The notes beneath the pieces are model-generated. The model made no database searches and was not told the DNA's origin. It saw only the letters and a program-made list of their open reading frames with translations. A stretch of 64,000 bases of DNA. Origin: Paraspadella gotoi. Its lineage: Eukaryota; Animalia; Chaetognatha. Below are positions 49,982-63,477 of this stretch, one piece after another. Every line of letters starts with the position of its first letter. Within the stretch, counting starts at the first letter, position 1. A program made the position numbers and the translations under genes. The stretch lies in contig CM119265.1 of assembly GCA_051294375.1 (NCBI GenBank), positions 11,719,818 through 11,783,817 of the forward strand. Reading direction: 5' to 3'.

Positions 49982-50142
49982 CTCGGTCGGTCGAACGGAG
50001 TAGTCCTTGTGTCCCCAATTGGGATAAGGCTTGACGGCGATTTCATCGTCGCTCAAGTAGGACACAGTCTTTCGATTGTCGCCCAGAATGAGGGACTCCG
50101 CCTCGGCTGAGTGGATCGCCACCTCGTCAAAATAACGAAGGC
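49982..50142 (-). CDS. MBLAC2: MBLAC2-like exon (GLRYFDEVAIHSAEAESLILGDNRKTVSYLSDDEI...)
   Basis: GL..FD.VA.H.AEAE...GDN..TV..LSD block; 53-nt intron downstream. Confidence 0.92.
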
Positions 50143-50222
50143 CTTGGAAAGAGGAAAACATCCACGCCGATTATTAGTTTCTCAAGACAGACCTCCTGGA
50201 GGCTATTTAATTCACTTATAAC

Positions 50223-50407
50223 CTCCGGTGTGGTCAAAGTGAATATGCGAGGCGACGGCCAGGACGGGCTTCTTCGACGGATCGATCAATCCGGCGCGCT
50301 TCATATACTCGGCGACATTGTGAACTCCGATGCCGGCGTCGACGACGAGGTCGCGGTCTTGTCCGGATACCAACCAGATATTGGCTCTGTTCCACGACTC
50401 GTAGTAC
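50223..50407 (-). CDS. MBLAC2: MBLAC2-like exon (YYESWNRANIWLVSGQDRDLVVDAGIG...VASHIHFDHTG); upstream exon (~20 aa) not located
   Basis: YES.NRANIWLV.G and the HxHxDH metal-binding motif; ctcacag acceptor, G|GTTATA donor. Confidence 0.93.
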
Positions 50408-50468
50408 CTGTGAGAAACGGAAGGAAAAAGTGAGAGAAAGAGAGATATAGCTCCACGTACGATCTAAG

Positions 50469-51182
50469 TAGGAGTCTACGTCGTTCTTAGAAATCGAAAG
50501 GAAGACTTTTTCAATGGAGATTTTCGTTAAAATCTGACTACCAAATAATGTCAAGCCCCTGGGAAAAATTTAGGTAAAAAATAGATGTAAAAACAGTCGA
50601 TTCCGATACTGTACTCTGAAGGGCTCGCATTTTTTTCTCTTGACAAATAACCATCATTTTGACATCGAACCATTCGATTCAAATGTACTGGTCCGCTCCG
50701 GGAAAATATTTTTTGACGCAATTTTTATATTAAAATAAAGGATTTCTCAACTTCAATACAATGTCAACGCATTTAAGGTATGTTGTCATTTTACAATAAA
50801 CTTCAAATTCAGGAATCCGATAGCAATATGTCTGAAGGGCTCTCAAAATTTTCTTTACATTTCATTTGGTTATTTTAATATGATACGATCATGTTAAAGT
50901 GAATTAGTCCATTTTGGTGAAATTTGTATTTAAAGTAAAAGTAAAAGAGGAGCTAACATCGAAATTCTAAGAGTTTTCAACCGGGAGTCAGATTCGGAAA
51001 AAATCATTTGTGGCGAAAATCTTCCAAAGAAGGGGTGGATTTCGAAGTTTTGGTTAATATTTTCTATATTTATGCTCGGATTTTTTTGAAACTTAAAAAT
51101 AGCAATATTGCCATCATTCTACATTGGCGGTCAAAGAATATATTAAAAAACCTCTGACTTTTTTCGTCAGAGCTTAGTCCTA
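50469..51182. mobile_element. Copy of the TAGGA...TCCTA element (inverted relative to 184-1384)
   Basis: Reverse-complement similarity along its length. Confidence 0.75.
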
Positions 51183-53271
51183 AGATAATGATTTCTGAAC
51201 TTAAGGCCTGGGATCATTCAAACAAGAATTGCATAAAGCTTTGTACAATCTATCATTATGTAGAGAAAACATTCGTTTTAGGCGAGGGGGGATCAGGATT
51301 CCGGGTTTTCACGCTTTTTTTGGTCACCGCCTGAAAACCGCCTGAAGACCAAATTAAATATTATAAAAATTGTTAGATTTCGAAAGCGGGGGGTCTTGGG
51401 AAGCCCGTGCCAGTGGAGCACTCAAAAAATTCGGTCATCTTGATATGGTACGATGGACCCAAAGTGGACTGGTTTTTACGGCGTTTTCGCTTTCGTAACT
51501 TGAACTTACTCATTCTCCTAGACTAGACTAAATACATGGGTATGGTTACACAGTCAGATAGATTCGTTACTTGTCTAAATCAGGGTATCTAATTTTTTTT
51601 AAAAAATTACCAAGCTTGCTTGTTTAATTTAACAATCCTGTTAACTAGTTTTTCGGGCATTAATTCCCGCGTGTCGCCAGTCTTAATTAGTTCTTTTAAA
51701 CTGACTGAGAGATCAATTACTGCGTTGTCTTGTTTCTGGGTGGAGCACTCGAAAAATTTACGTGTTTTTAATATGAAATAAGAGTAAATCCTTGACTTTT
51801 GTTGGCTCTGGGACTCTTTACACGGCCCTATATGCGCATAACTTACGTTACCGCCAGAACCAAACCGAGAGCCATGGCACTTCGTCGAGCCAGCCCCGTT
51901 TCACGAATCAGAGGTGTTGATTTTTCGTGTTTATTAACATTATTCCCGCCCGATTTTTTAAATTTTTTTTCAAAAAACTATACTAATTATTGTAAAAAGA
52001 AGCTTCAGCCAGATTTGAACCGGAAACCTTTTCGTAACATTGAAATCCGGCGCGCTAAGCACTTGGCCAAATGATTTTCAAAAAAAATTAGTACAAATTA
52101 AATTATATAAAGCTGTAGGTTCGCTTTTAATTTTTGGGGGAAACAAAAAATTCAACGTTCGAAGGCAGAGATTTTGACATCCGAGTCCCAAGTTTCCTGA
52201 TTCGTGACGGAACGTCGCAACGACGACGATTGATACGAAGAAGAAAGCGAATATCTGGCTTATTTTTAATGTTTGAAATTGAGGAAAAGTCAAAGCTGCG
52301 ACGTTGAACATTTTCACGTTGCTTTTAAGGTGTTTTATTAAGTGTTTTTAACCAGTTGCTTATTGTGAAACAACTGAAACTGTTTCTATACATGGTCGCC
52401 TATTGTATCAATAATAATAAATAGGCTATGATTAAGAGAATGAAAGAATGAAATCGTTTTGAAAAAAGAATAATTTAAGTTTTCGATTTGCATAAAAACA
52501 AGTTTGAGCAAACAATGTCGGATCTGCCTACAATAATTAAGAAGTAATAAGCTAATATGATGATAATTCTTGGTAATGTTTTCTGACTTTCAATTTTTGA
52601 TCTTAACAGATCATAACACGTTGTAACGTAAACAAGTTTGAGCAAACAATGTCGGATCTGCCCACAATCATTAACGGTAATTAATTAATAATTAATTTAA
52701 GTTAATTAATTAATTAAGCATTAATTATTTTGATCCGAAAGTTTGTTTTGATTGATTAATTAAGGAAAAAAAAGCATAATCAATTAGTGAAACACTTTTT
52801 TTGATTTTTTCCATTTAAACTAATTTCCACTCAAACGATTCCATCGAAACTTGATTTCCAGCTTAATCACACACTTTTCTACCCAAATACAAAATTTCAA
52901 GTCAATCGCCCCATTCACTCATGAGTAATTGGTGTTCAAATAGTGAAATTTTTTTCCCATTTAAACTCATTTCCACTTGGACGATTTCATCGAAACTTCA
53001 TATCCAGCTCAATCACACACTTCCCTACCCACACACAAAATTTCATTCCAATCCATCCATCCAATCACGAGTAATTGGTATTTTTTGCTAAGGTGGGACG
53101 GATGGACAGACAAACGAACATCGTTTTTTTTTGCATAATTTATTATAATTCGATGTTCTAACATGATATAAGTGAATGTCCGACAAGATTGAGGGACTGA
53201 AAGCAGATCAGACTAAAAAGAAAAGAAAAACCAAAATTTATATTGAGGTTTTTGAATTTTTTTTATTAAAT

Positions 53272-53347
53272 AACGAGATGGCCGAGTGGTTAAAAACTAA
53301 GACTTGGACGCAGAATGGAATGGTAGGATTCGAATCCCACTCAAGGT
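53272..53347 (+). pseudogene. Degenerate tRNA-like sequence or SINE head (duplicate at ~57083-57160)
   Basis: A box TGGCCGAGTGG and altered B box GGATTCGAATCCC; no intact cloverleaf. Confidence 0.5.
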
Positions 53348-53880
53348 AAACTTTTACAATAAACTGCTATGTCCCAAAAGTGGTCGTAGAGCAATGGCTT
53401 ACCGAAGGGGGAATAGCCATATGAGTACTCGAAAACAAGACAAAATCTCCCTTTGAAATTATCATTTGTACTCGAGTTACAGAGCTTGCCGTCTCAGAAA
53501 TTCTAGACGGATGCTACTGTACTTTTGTTATTTTTAGAAAATTTGGATGTTTCGTAAAACTGCAGCGTTTTGACCGGGAGTCACGACTAAGTTAAAAACA
53601 GTCGATACAGTTTTCGAGATCCATCAACTATTTGCCCAAAAGTTAACAGGCTTCATAATACAAATACTGAAAACGCTGTCTCAATCGGATCATCCTCAAA
53701 AGACCCCGAGCGGACTCCAAAGTTGCCGCTTTGCGCTCGTCCGCCGCGATGGCCATCGCGAATCTATGACGGCCCATTAGAGATCGTTTCTCGAGGCGCC
53801 GTTCTTTCGCCTCGACTTCGCGGGCCGACTAGAAGTCTCCACTGACCGTTTCAAGCCCTTCGTCGACGACTAAGAAAAAA

Positions 53881-53920
53881 ATGGACATGTTTCGATTCTA
53901 ATTCAAGTCTTCATCAGCGT
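53881..53920 (-). ncRNA. Hammerhead motif with weakened stem II (duplicate at ~57698-57737)
   Basis: CTGATGA-A-GACTTGAATTAGAATC-GAAACATGTC on the minus strand. Confidence 0.5.
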
Positions 53921-54009
53921 TATTTTTGTTGTGAATTTAATCTACAGTTTGTGCAAAAAAAATTAAATTTAAAAAAAAATTAAGATTAAATGTACGTTAA
54001 AAAGAAAGA

Positions 54010-54390
54010 TAGGTTAATGGCAAGTTAGGGTTAATGGCAAGTTAGGGTTTATGGCAAGTTAGGGTTTATGGAAGTTAGGGTTTAATGGGGGCAAGTTAGG
54101 GATAGGGGTAAATGAGGGTTAAGAGTAAATTAGGGGTAAATTAGGGTTGAGGTAAATTAGGGTAGGGGGTAAATTAGGGTTGGGGGTAAATTAGGGTTGG
54201 GTAAATTAGGGTTGGGGGTAAATTAGGTTGGGGGTAAATTAGGGTTGGGGGTAAATTAGGGTTAGGGTAAATTAGGGTTGGGTAAATTAGGGTTAAGTAG
54301 GGTAATATTAAGGGTTAGGAGTAATTAGGGTTAAGGGTAAATTAGGGTTAAGGGTAAAATTAGGGTTAAGGGTAAATTAGGGTTAAAGAT
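54010..54390 (+). repeat. TTAGGG-containing G-rich minisatellite (duplicate at 57828-58230)
   Basis: ~16-17-nt units TTAGGGTTAATGGCAAG grading into TTAGGGTTGGGGGTAAA and TTAGGGTTAAGGGTAAA. Confidence 0.9.
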
Positions 54391-55346
54391 AAATTACGGA
54401 AAGGGGCAAGTTTCCTGCATTTTCAGCCCCCTCCATCGCCATCTTGGTTCTAATTTTCCACGCCGCCGCCGTTGCCTATACCTGGGGCTTGGGGGTGCGA
54501 AGCTCATTTTCCCGCTCTTAAAAAAGAATACTAGCCTGGGCGTTGCATCACCGCCCCTCCCGCCGAGGACTTTATTGGCAATGTAAACAATGTCGGATTT
54601 GTGATAATTTAGCGGTAATCAGCTAAACGGATTATAATCACAATTGTAAAGTCCAGACGACCGTAACTCAGATGCTCTTTTNNNNNNNNNNNNNNNNNNN
54701 NNNNNNAAAGAGAGAGATTCCAGTTGGTTGCTGTGATCGCAACAGGAACGGGGTCCGGAGACGGTAAGGTTGGGCCGCCTTATCGATCATTTTTCAGGTG
54801 AGGGTGAAGACCAGATCACGTGGACCTTCCAGGGCGCGGCTCCGCAAGGGCGTGGCTTGGCGGAGGGGGGTGTATCTGTGTTGGGCCGCGGCGGTTCCCA
54901 CTTCGCAGTTTTGGATCGAAAATGCAAGCTTCTTCCCTGCGGTCCTAGGATGGCGGGCCTGGACGCAATCACGTCGAGAATTGGGAGAAGAAAATTCTAA
55001 CACTTTTTTACCGCGGTTTCCGCGCGCGCCCAAATTGTAGAAACGCGTTGGTCGTCGTATTATTGTGATGCATTGATCTGAAAAACGGACGGCCAACCGG
55101 TTTCAAAACCCAGTGAGGTTATTTTTAGCTTACGATGGCAGCGAATTTTTAACTTGTTTTTAAATTGTTTTAATAATGTTTTTAACCCTGTTTTTAACAT
55201 GGTTTACATTTGTTTTATTATGTTTTAAAACGTTTATTTTCGGCCTTTTTAATTGATATTAATACATGTTATTTTAACGCCTGCACTAACCTTCGAATCG
55301 GGCCGAGAAAAATTGGTTATTTGAGCTACAAGACAAACAACATGGC

Positions 55347-58300
55347 TATGGTTACACAGTCAGATAGATTCGTTACTTGTCTAAATCAGGGTATCTAATT
55401 TTTTTTAAAAAATTACCAAGCTTGCTTGTTTAATTTAACAATCCTGTTAACTAGTTTTTCGGGCATTAATTCCCGCGTGTCGCCAGTCTTAATTAGTTCT
55501 TTTAAAACTGACTGAGAGATCAATTACTGCGTTGTCTTGTTTCTGGGTGGAGCACTCGAAAAATTTACGTGTTTTTAATATGAAATAAGAGTAAATCCTT
55601 GACTTTTGTTGGCTCTGGGACTCTTTACACGGCCCTATATGCGCATATAACTTACGTTACCGCAGAACCAAACCGAGAGCCATGGCACTTCGTCGAGCCA
55701 GCCCCGTTTTCACGAATCAGAGGTGTTGATTTTTCGTGTTTATTAACATTATTCCCGCCCGATTTTTTAAATTTTTTTTCAAAAAAACTATACTAATTAT
55801 TGTAAAAAGAAGCTTCAGCCAGATTTGAACCGGAAACCTTTTCGTACATTGAAATCCGGCGCGCTAAGCACTTGGCCAAATGATTTTTCAAAAAAAAATT
55901 AGTACAAAATTAAATTATATAAAGCTGTAGGTTCGCTTTTAATTTTTGGGGGAAACAAAAAATTCAACGTTCGAAGGCAGATTTTGACATCCGAGTCCCA
56001 AGTTTCCTGATTCGTGACGGAACGTCGCAACGACGACGATTGATACAAGAAGAAGAAAGCGAATATCTGGCTTATTTTTAATGTTTGAAATTGAGGAAAA
56101 GTCAAAGCTGCGACGTTGAACATTTTCACGTTGCTTTTAAGGTGTTTTATTAAGTGTTTTTAACCAGTTGCTTATTGTGAAACAACTGAAACTGTTTCTA
56201 TACATGGTCGCCTATTGTATCAATAATAATAAATAGGCTATGATTAAGAGAATGAAAGAATGAAATCGTTTTGAAAAAAGAATAATTTAAGTTTTCGATT
56301 TGCATAAAAACAAGTTTGAGCAAACAATGTCGGATCTGCCTACAATAATTAAGAAGTAATAAGCTAATATGATGATAATTCTTGGTAATGTTTTCTGACT
56401 TTCAATTTTTGATCTTAACAGATCATAAACACGTTGTAACGTAAACAAGTTTGAGCAAACAATGTCGGATCTGCCCACAATCATTAACGGTAATTAATTA
56501 ATAATTAATTTAAGTTAATTAATTAATTAAGCATTAATTATTTTGATCCGAAAGTTTGTTTTGATTGATTAATTAAGGAAAAAAAGCATAATCAATTAGT
56601 GAAACACTTTTTTTGATTTTTTCCATTTAAACTAATTTCCACTCAAACGATTCCATCGAAACTTGATTTCCAGCTTAATCACACACTTTTCTACCCAAAT
56701 ACAAAATTTCAAGTCAATCGCCCCATTCACTCATGAGTAATTGGTGTTTCAAATAGTGAAATTTTTTTCCCATTTAAACTCATTTCCACTGGACGATTTC
56801 ATCGAAACTTCATATCCAGCTCAATCACACACTTCCCTACCCACACACAAAAATTTCATTCCAATCCATCCATCCAATCACGAGTAATTGGTATTTTTTG
56901 CTAAGGTGGGACGGATGGACAAGACAACGAACATCGTTTTTTTTTGCATAATTTATTATAATTCGATGTTCTAACATGATATAAGTGAATGTCCGACAAG
57001 ATTGAGGGACTGAAAGCAGATCAGACTAAAAAGAAAAGAAAAACCAAAATTTATATTGAGGTTTTTGAATTTTTTTTATAAATAACGAGATGGCCGAGTG
57101 GTTAAAAACTAAGACTTGGACGCAGAATGGAATGGTAGGATTCGAAATCCCACTCAAGGTAAACTTTTACAATAAACTGCTATGTCCCAAAAGTGGTCGT
57201 AGAGCAATGGCTTACCGAAGGGGAATAGCCATATGAGTACTCGAAAACAAGACAAAATCTCCCTTTGAAATTATCATTTGTACTCGAGTTACAGAGCTTG
57301 CCGTCTCAGAAATTCTAGACGGATGCTACTGTACTTTTGTTATTTTTAGAAAATTTGGATGTTTCGTAAAACTGCAGGCGTTTTGACGCGGGAGTCACGA
57401 CTAAGTTAAAAACAGTCGATACAGTTTTCGAGGATCCATCAACTATTTGCCCAAAAGTTAACAGGCTTCATAATACAAATACTGAAAACGCTGTCTCAAT
57501 CGGATCATCCTCAAAAGACCCCGAGCGGACTCCAAGTTGCCGCTTTGCGCCTCGTCCGCCGCGATGGCCATCGCGAATCTATGACGGCCCATTAGAGATC
57601 GTTTTCTCGAGGCGCCGTTCTTTCGCCTCGACTTCGCGGGCCGACTAGAAGTCTCCACTGACCGTTTCAAGCCCTTCGTCGACGACTAAGAAAAAAATTG
57701 GACATGTTTCGATTCTAATTCAAGTCTTCATCAGCGTTATTTTTGTTGTGAATTTAATCTACAGTTTGTGCAAAAAAAATTAAATTTAAAAAAAATTAAG
57801 ATTAAATGTGACGTTAAAAAGAAAGATAGGTTAATGGCAAGTTAGGGTTATATGGCAAGTTAGGGTAATGGCAAGTTAGGGTTAATGGCAAGTTAGGGTT
57901 TATGGCAAGTTAGGGTTTATGGCAAGTTAGGGTTTAATGGGCAAGTTAGGGATAGGGGTAAATGAGGGTTAAGAGTAAATTAGGGGTAAATTAGGGTTGA
58001 GTGTAAATTAGGGTAGGGGGTAAATTAGGGTTGGGGCTAATTAGGGTTGGGTAAATTAGGGTTGGGTAAATTAAGGTTGGGGGTAAATTAGGGTTGGGGG
58101 TAAATTAGGGTTAAGGGTAAATTAGGGTGGGGTAAATTAGGGTTAAGGGTAAATTAAGGTTAAGAGTAATTAGGGTTAAGGGTAAATTGGGTTAAGGGTA
58201 AATTAGGGTTAAGGGTAAATTAGGTTTAAGATAAATTACGGAAAGGGGCAAGTTTCCTGCATTTTCAGCCCCCTCCATCGCCATCTTGGTTCTAATTTTC

Positions 58301-58525
58301 CACGCCGCCGCCGTTGCCTATACCTGGGGCTTGGGGGTGCGAAGCTCATTTTCCCGCTCTTAAAAAAGAATACTAGCCTGGGCGTTGCATCACCGCCCCT
58401 CCCGCCGAGGACTTTATTGGCAATGTAAACAATGTCGGATTTGTGATAATTTAGCGCGGTAATCAGCTAAACGGATTATAATCACAATTGTAAAGTCCAG
58501 ACGACCGTAACTCAGATGCTCTTTT
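55347..58525 (+). repeat. 3.1-kb direct duplication, copy 2
   Basis: Differs from copy 1 mostly by small indels. Confidence 0.95.
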
Positions 58526-61500
58526 ATATAAGAGATATCAACGTTTGTCTCTTCTCTCTTTTTGCGGTCATTTCAGATTCTGCGTTGAAACGGGACTTAT
58601 TTAAAATAATAAACGTTTGTGGATGCTTAATGGACGCTTTGTGGTTTCTTCTACCATTAAATATCAAGACTCTAAATGGATAAGAAACTTATAAACTTTA
58701 ACGGGCGCCAGCGTCCCGGTCTTAGTCGGTCTTTAGTCCAGTTTCTCTCCCGACGTCTTCTCCCTCTCTGCGAGGTCGAGGATGGGGTTCTTTCACAATT
58801 CTTTATGATCTTTACAGTTTATTAAAGAGCAAAATAAATTGTAATAAATTTTTAAATAAATTTATAAAAATATTTATAAATCAATTGATCAATAAGTCAA
58901 CGGATTAGACAATTAATATTTTATAATTTAAAAAAAATTTTATCAAATATAATATTTTAAATTATTTAGATTTGCATGATTTTTTTAATTTTTATAATTT
59001 TTCTACTTGCATTACTTTTTCAACTTGCAAAATTTTTTTAACTTGTATACCTTTTTAAAAAAAATTTAAGCAAAAGTAACGTTTGATTTTTTCCATTTAA
59101 ACTCAATTCCGCGATTCCATCGAAACTATATTCAATTTAATCTTATAATTTTCTACCTATTCACAAAAATGTATTTCAATCAATTTATCTAATCACGAGT
59201 AATTGGAGTTTTTTGTTAGTAGAACGGACAAATAGACAGATGGACATCATTTTTTTGCATAATTTATTATAATTCAAGATTCTGATATGATAAAAAGGAT
59301 ATACAAAAAAAAATTTTGGGTAGGACTAATAAAGTGGATTATAAAATCGGAATCTGCTAGAAGCTGATCCGACTAAAAATATTATGTCAGAAATATAATA
59401 TTAATAATAATATTATATATTAAACTTGTTTACTGGTTAAAAAATATATTTGATAATGAAATTAACCAACTTTTCAAAACCGCGACACTTTTTCCATCAT
59501 GATCGTCTGCCTCCGTTCATCTGCGATTCATGGGACTCGTATTTATTGACTTTTTATATTTGGTTTTCTTACTTTGTTTACTTTTAGTATGCGCCTTACT
59601 TATAATATGTTTATACATCTCCGTCGTCTCCCGTATTTCTTGCGTATTTAATTTTGTGATTGTAACTGTTTGTGTTGCATAGTGATTACTTTTATTAATT
59701 AGTTGTAGTATTGATTAACTGTCTGTTTAAATTTAGAATTTGCTGTGACTCTCGGTCGAGTCGCCGCCTCTGACCCCGACAATGCCGAATCTCGTCTTCG
59801 AAGTCGACGGCATTGACACCGATTTCTGACGCCAGGAAATAACTTTCCGTCGTTATCACTGAATCTCCGTCGTATTACCTCCGTCGTTATCTTGGTTCCA
59901 TTATTCCTCGCCGTCGCCTCTTCCTGGGACTTGGGGGTGCGACACTCGTTCTCCCACCGAGGATACTTTATGGGCAATGTTCGACGATCGGGCTCGCTCC
60001 TTGCCGTCGCCGCCACCACGACCGCCTTCCCAAGACCGACAATCACTACGAATTACGCCAAAGGCTTCGCCTCCACCACTCTTCCCCGTCTCGCCCGGCC
60101 CTTCCTTCCACCCTTCCTATCGAGGATCCCGCCCCCGATCCGCGGCAGAATAGACTTGGCGTACATGAGGTCTCGGCGGCGTTGTTGTTAGTTTTGCAAG
60201 AACCACCGAGAGAGGGAATCCGTTTACCGAAATCATCCGCTCAAGTGTTAAATTTCAAAAGTCATAATTCGTTACTTTTTCACTCTGTAGTAGAAACTAT
60301 AATATGATAAACTATAATTTTTCGCAACTTTAATATTAAAATATTATGAAACATATTTTACAAAAGTTTATTTTTTTCTGACGAATCCGAATCTGTTATT
60401 ACAATTTTTAAAAAATCATTTTGAAATTTTACAAATTTATAAGGATATTAAGGATTAGGGGTGGTTAGGAATTAGTAATAAAAAGCTTTTCTACCCTTAG
60501 CAATATCTTTTTTTATTTTTGCGTAGCGAGATTTCTATATATGTCGCTCATAAGAAGCGAAACAAAATAACCGACCGCAAAATCCTAGTAGGCAAACGTA
60601 AAAATAAGCCAAAAATTAAATAGGTTTAATTTGGATAGTGATGAAAAGCTTAAAATCAGGTGAATTGAAGATAATACATATCACTGTCATGTTCAGAAAC
60701 GACTATTGAAAAATATTAACAAGTATGGCTTATATCGTATGCAATACAATGCCCATAAAAACGACAATGTTTTGAAAACATCCACAACGCCTTTTAGTTG
60801 CTTAAAAATTTCTTTTTTTATTGTATAAAAAATAAAAAGCCAGAATAAACTTTTGCCACTTATTTTGATTTTATTATTGTATCTCAAATTGTTCAGACTC
60901 GATATAGGGTCTCACCCCTGTATGTGGTTATCAAACTTTTTCTGTTTTAAAGTGGTTAAATATTTCCTAGAAATGAAAAATTGGATTGCATTCAAACTTA
61001 TTCTTTTTGGTAGGGGTAGCCGCACTCAATGGGGTGAGTCAAAAATTTTGAGTGAGTACATGCTCAAACGAATATTTAGACATTTTTAAGAATACTTTCA
61101 ATGGACCAAAAATATCTAATATGGCTCTATACCCTAGTAATTAATTTTTTAATATTTATTTATAGATAGGAAAGGCCAAAAATTTTTTTTTGAATTTTTA
61201 AATTTTAAGACCAGATTCAGATAGCTCATAAAAAGTTGTCTACACAAAGTATGATTCTTTTTTAAATATTTTTACGATAAGTGTATCAAAAATAAGAAAA
61301 ACTGTAAAAAATCATCATCATCTTTCGATGATTTTAACAGTTTTTTTATATTTTCACTTAGAAAACGTAAGAATTTTTAAAAGCTGTAATTATATTTCTT
61401 GTTTAACTTTTTATGCTCTATCAGAATCCATCAAAAAATTTTAAGATTTTAAAAAAATATTTTTTGCTCAATATAGTAATATTATATTTTTAATTAGGCG

Positions 61501-63477
61501 AGTACCCTCAGAAGAAAGCATTTTTGACAAAAAATATTTTAATACCATAATCTATGGTCATGATAGATTATTTTAACGCTGTATACATTAGCATTTAAAT
61601 TTCATCGGCTATGGCTATTTTTGGTATGTGTAGCGAATAACCGATATAAAGTGCTGACTGCTGACATTGACGTCGCGTATCGCCTTCACCACGCGTGTTG
61701 ACGCCTTTGGCGAGATTATTCAGCGTCGTCAGATAGGCGTCGTTATGAGAGTTTCGTGCTGGTTTCTGTACTATTTTACTTAAGATAAGTTACAAAATAT
61801 AAATGGGCACTATTCTGTCGTTATTATTTAACACAAGGTTAGGGTTAATTTAAAGCTATTTATCATAATAAATTAAACTTAACTATAATTAAATATCTAA
61901 ATATTTGATACAAGTTAAAGAATTAGCTAAAGTTTACTAATAACTTCTATTTTAACTTAGAATTTTAAAAGATTAAATATAACTGACTCAGCTTAACTAA
62001 ACATCTTAAACATTTTATTAAATTGTTGAAATTAAGAGTCATTAAAATTCAAATATTTTATCTGAACATCAAAATTTATTTTTAGCCCACAAGACGAGTT
62101 AGTGCAGCAATAGAATGTAATAAAGATAAGTGGATAAGGCGCTCAGTAGGCTGAAAACTACTATCTGTATCTTGTGTGCCCCCTCGCTCGTTCAAGTTAG
62201 TACAATGTGAGTTTTTAGATAATTCTTATTTTATTATTATATTATTTTATAAGGATAGTACTATATATAAATATAGCCTACTGCAAAAATTAAAAAACAT
62301 AAAATTAATTTTTTTTACAAATTAATGTTCACTGATGGTATGTTGTTCATAATTGACTTTTAGAATTTGTGTATGTAACTTTCACTACGCCTTACTGCGG
62401 AGCTTTGGCAAGCGCTGGTTGCTTCGTAAGAGCCATCCAGTCGTCTCCTCTTTGGGGCAATAGTTCCCGAGTCCTCAGGCGCCGGATCGACCACGGAGGA
62501 CGTCAAGGTGACCAGTGAGTCGGTTTGCTGCCTTCTCCACAAGATGTGTGGCGTTCCAACGATTGCCCCCACTGGACTCGATCAGGGGCGACGCCAGCGG
62601 CCAGAGGAGCGTGGACGGTGCCAACGCCGGGCAAGGTCCGCGTCCAACGGTTTTTTTTATATGACAAGCAATGATCGAAATGGTAAGAAAATAATGGAAA
62701 ACACTAAACAATAGAAGAAAGTAAGGTCAGTCAAAGGTCAGTAACTTGACCTTGTTTAAATGTCAGTTATGACTTGGTTGAGGTCAGTCGTTGTTGTTGT
62801 CGCCGCAACGTATACCTTGCATTAAACTTTAATTTAAAGTAATAGATTTATTTATAAATTAGGACTAAAGATCTAACAGGTTTGAATAATTACTTACAAA
62901 TATTTATTTAAAAAAATAAAATGATTACCTTAACCCTAAACCTAACAACCCCTAACCCGAAACCACCCCTAAACCACTATTAACCCTAACCCTGTTTGGT
63001 GAAAGTAAAATTAACCTCCAATTGGTATTAAATTATCATCAAATCACTTATTTAAGTTTTATCAGTGATCATATCACCTTATTCTCATATGAATTCGTTT
63101 CCTATATCAACTTTTTCTCTCCATAGTCAGCTCCGTAATTTACCGTTAATTTCTATTTGGCCCGGAACGAGGATTTCGGCTTTACCCTCGATTCCGTCGG
63201 ACTAAAGATTAGAACTACGTAGTTTAAATCTTATGTTAACCACTTTTTCGCTCGTTGAGCGGCGAAAGTTGATCCCTCGGAAGGCGCTATTTTTTCGTCG
63301 TTTTTTGCCCATAACTTTTGAACGCGTGGACCGATTTTAATGAAATTTTATATCAGTAAACTAAACGTAATTCCACGTCGATCGGTACCAAATTTATCGA
63401 AATCGAGCCACGAGGAAAAAAAGACTATGTTTTCTCTACATTATGCCAAAGGAAGTGTATTCCCTTCACGTTTCAAA

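Larger units (their letters stand above)
51541..54681 (+). repeat. 3.1-kb direct duplication, copy 1
   Basis: Near-identical to 55347-58525; ends at an N gap. Confidence 0.95.

Noticed and set aside
49775-50407. Horizontally acquired bacterial beta-lactamase
   Set aside because: Spliceosomal introns and MBLAC2-specific motifs indicate the ordinary animal gene.
54010-54390. True telomere or chromosome end
   Set aside because: TTAGGG units are separated by ~10-nt spacers and ordinary sequence continues on both sides.
59735-59830. Cadherin-like motif (GRVAASDPD)
   Set aside because: Too short, closed by a stop codon, no further cadherin motifs.
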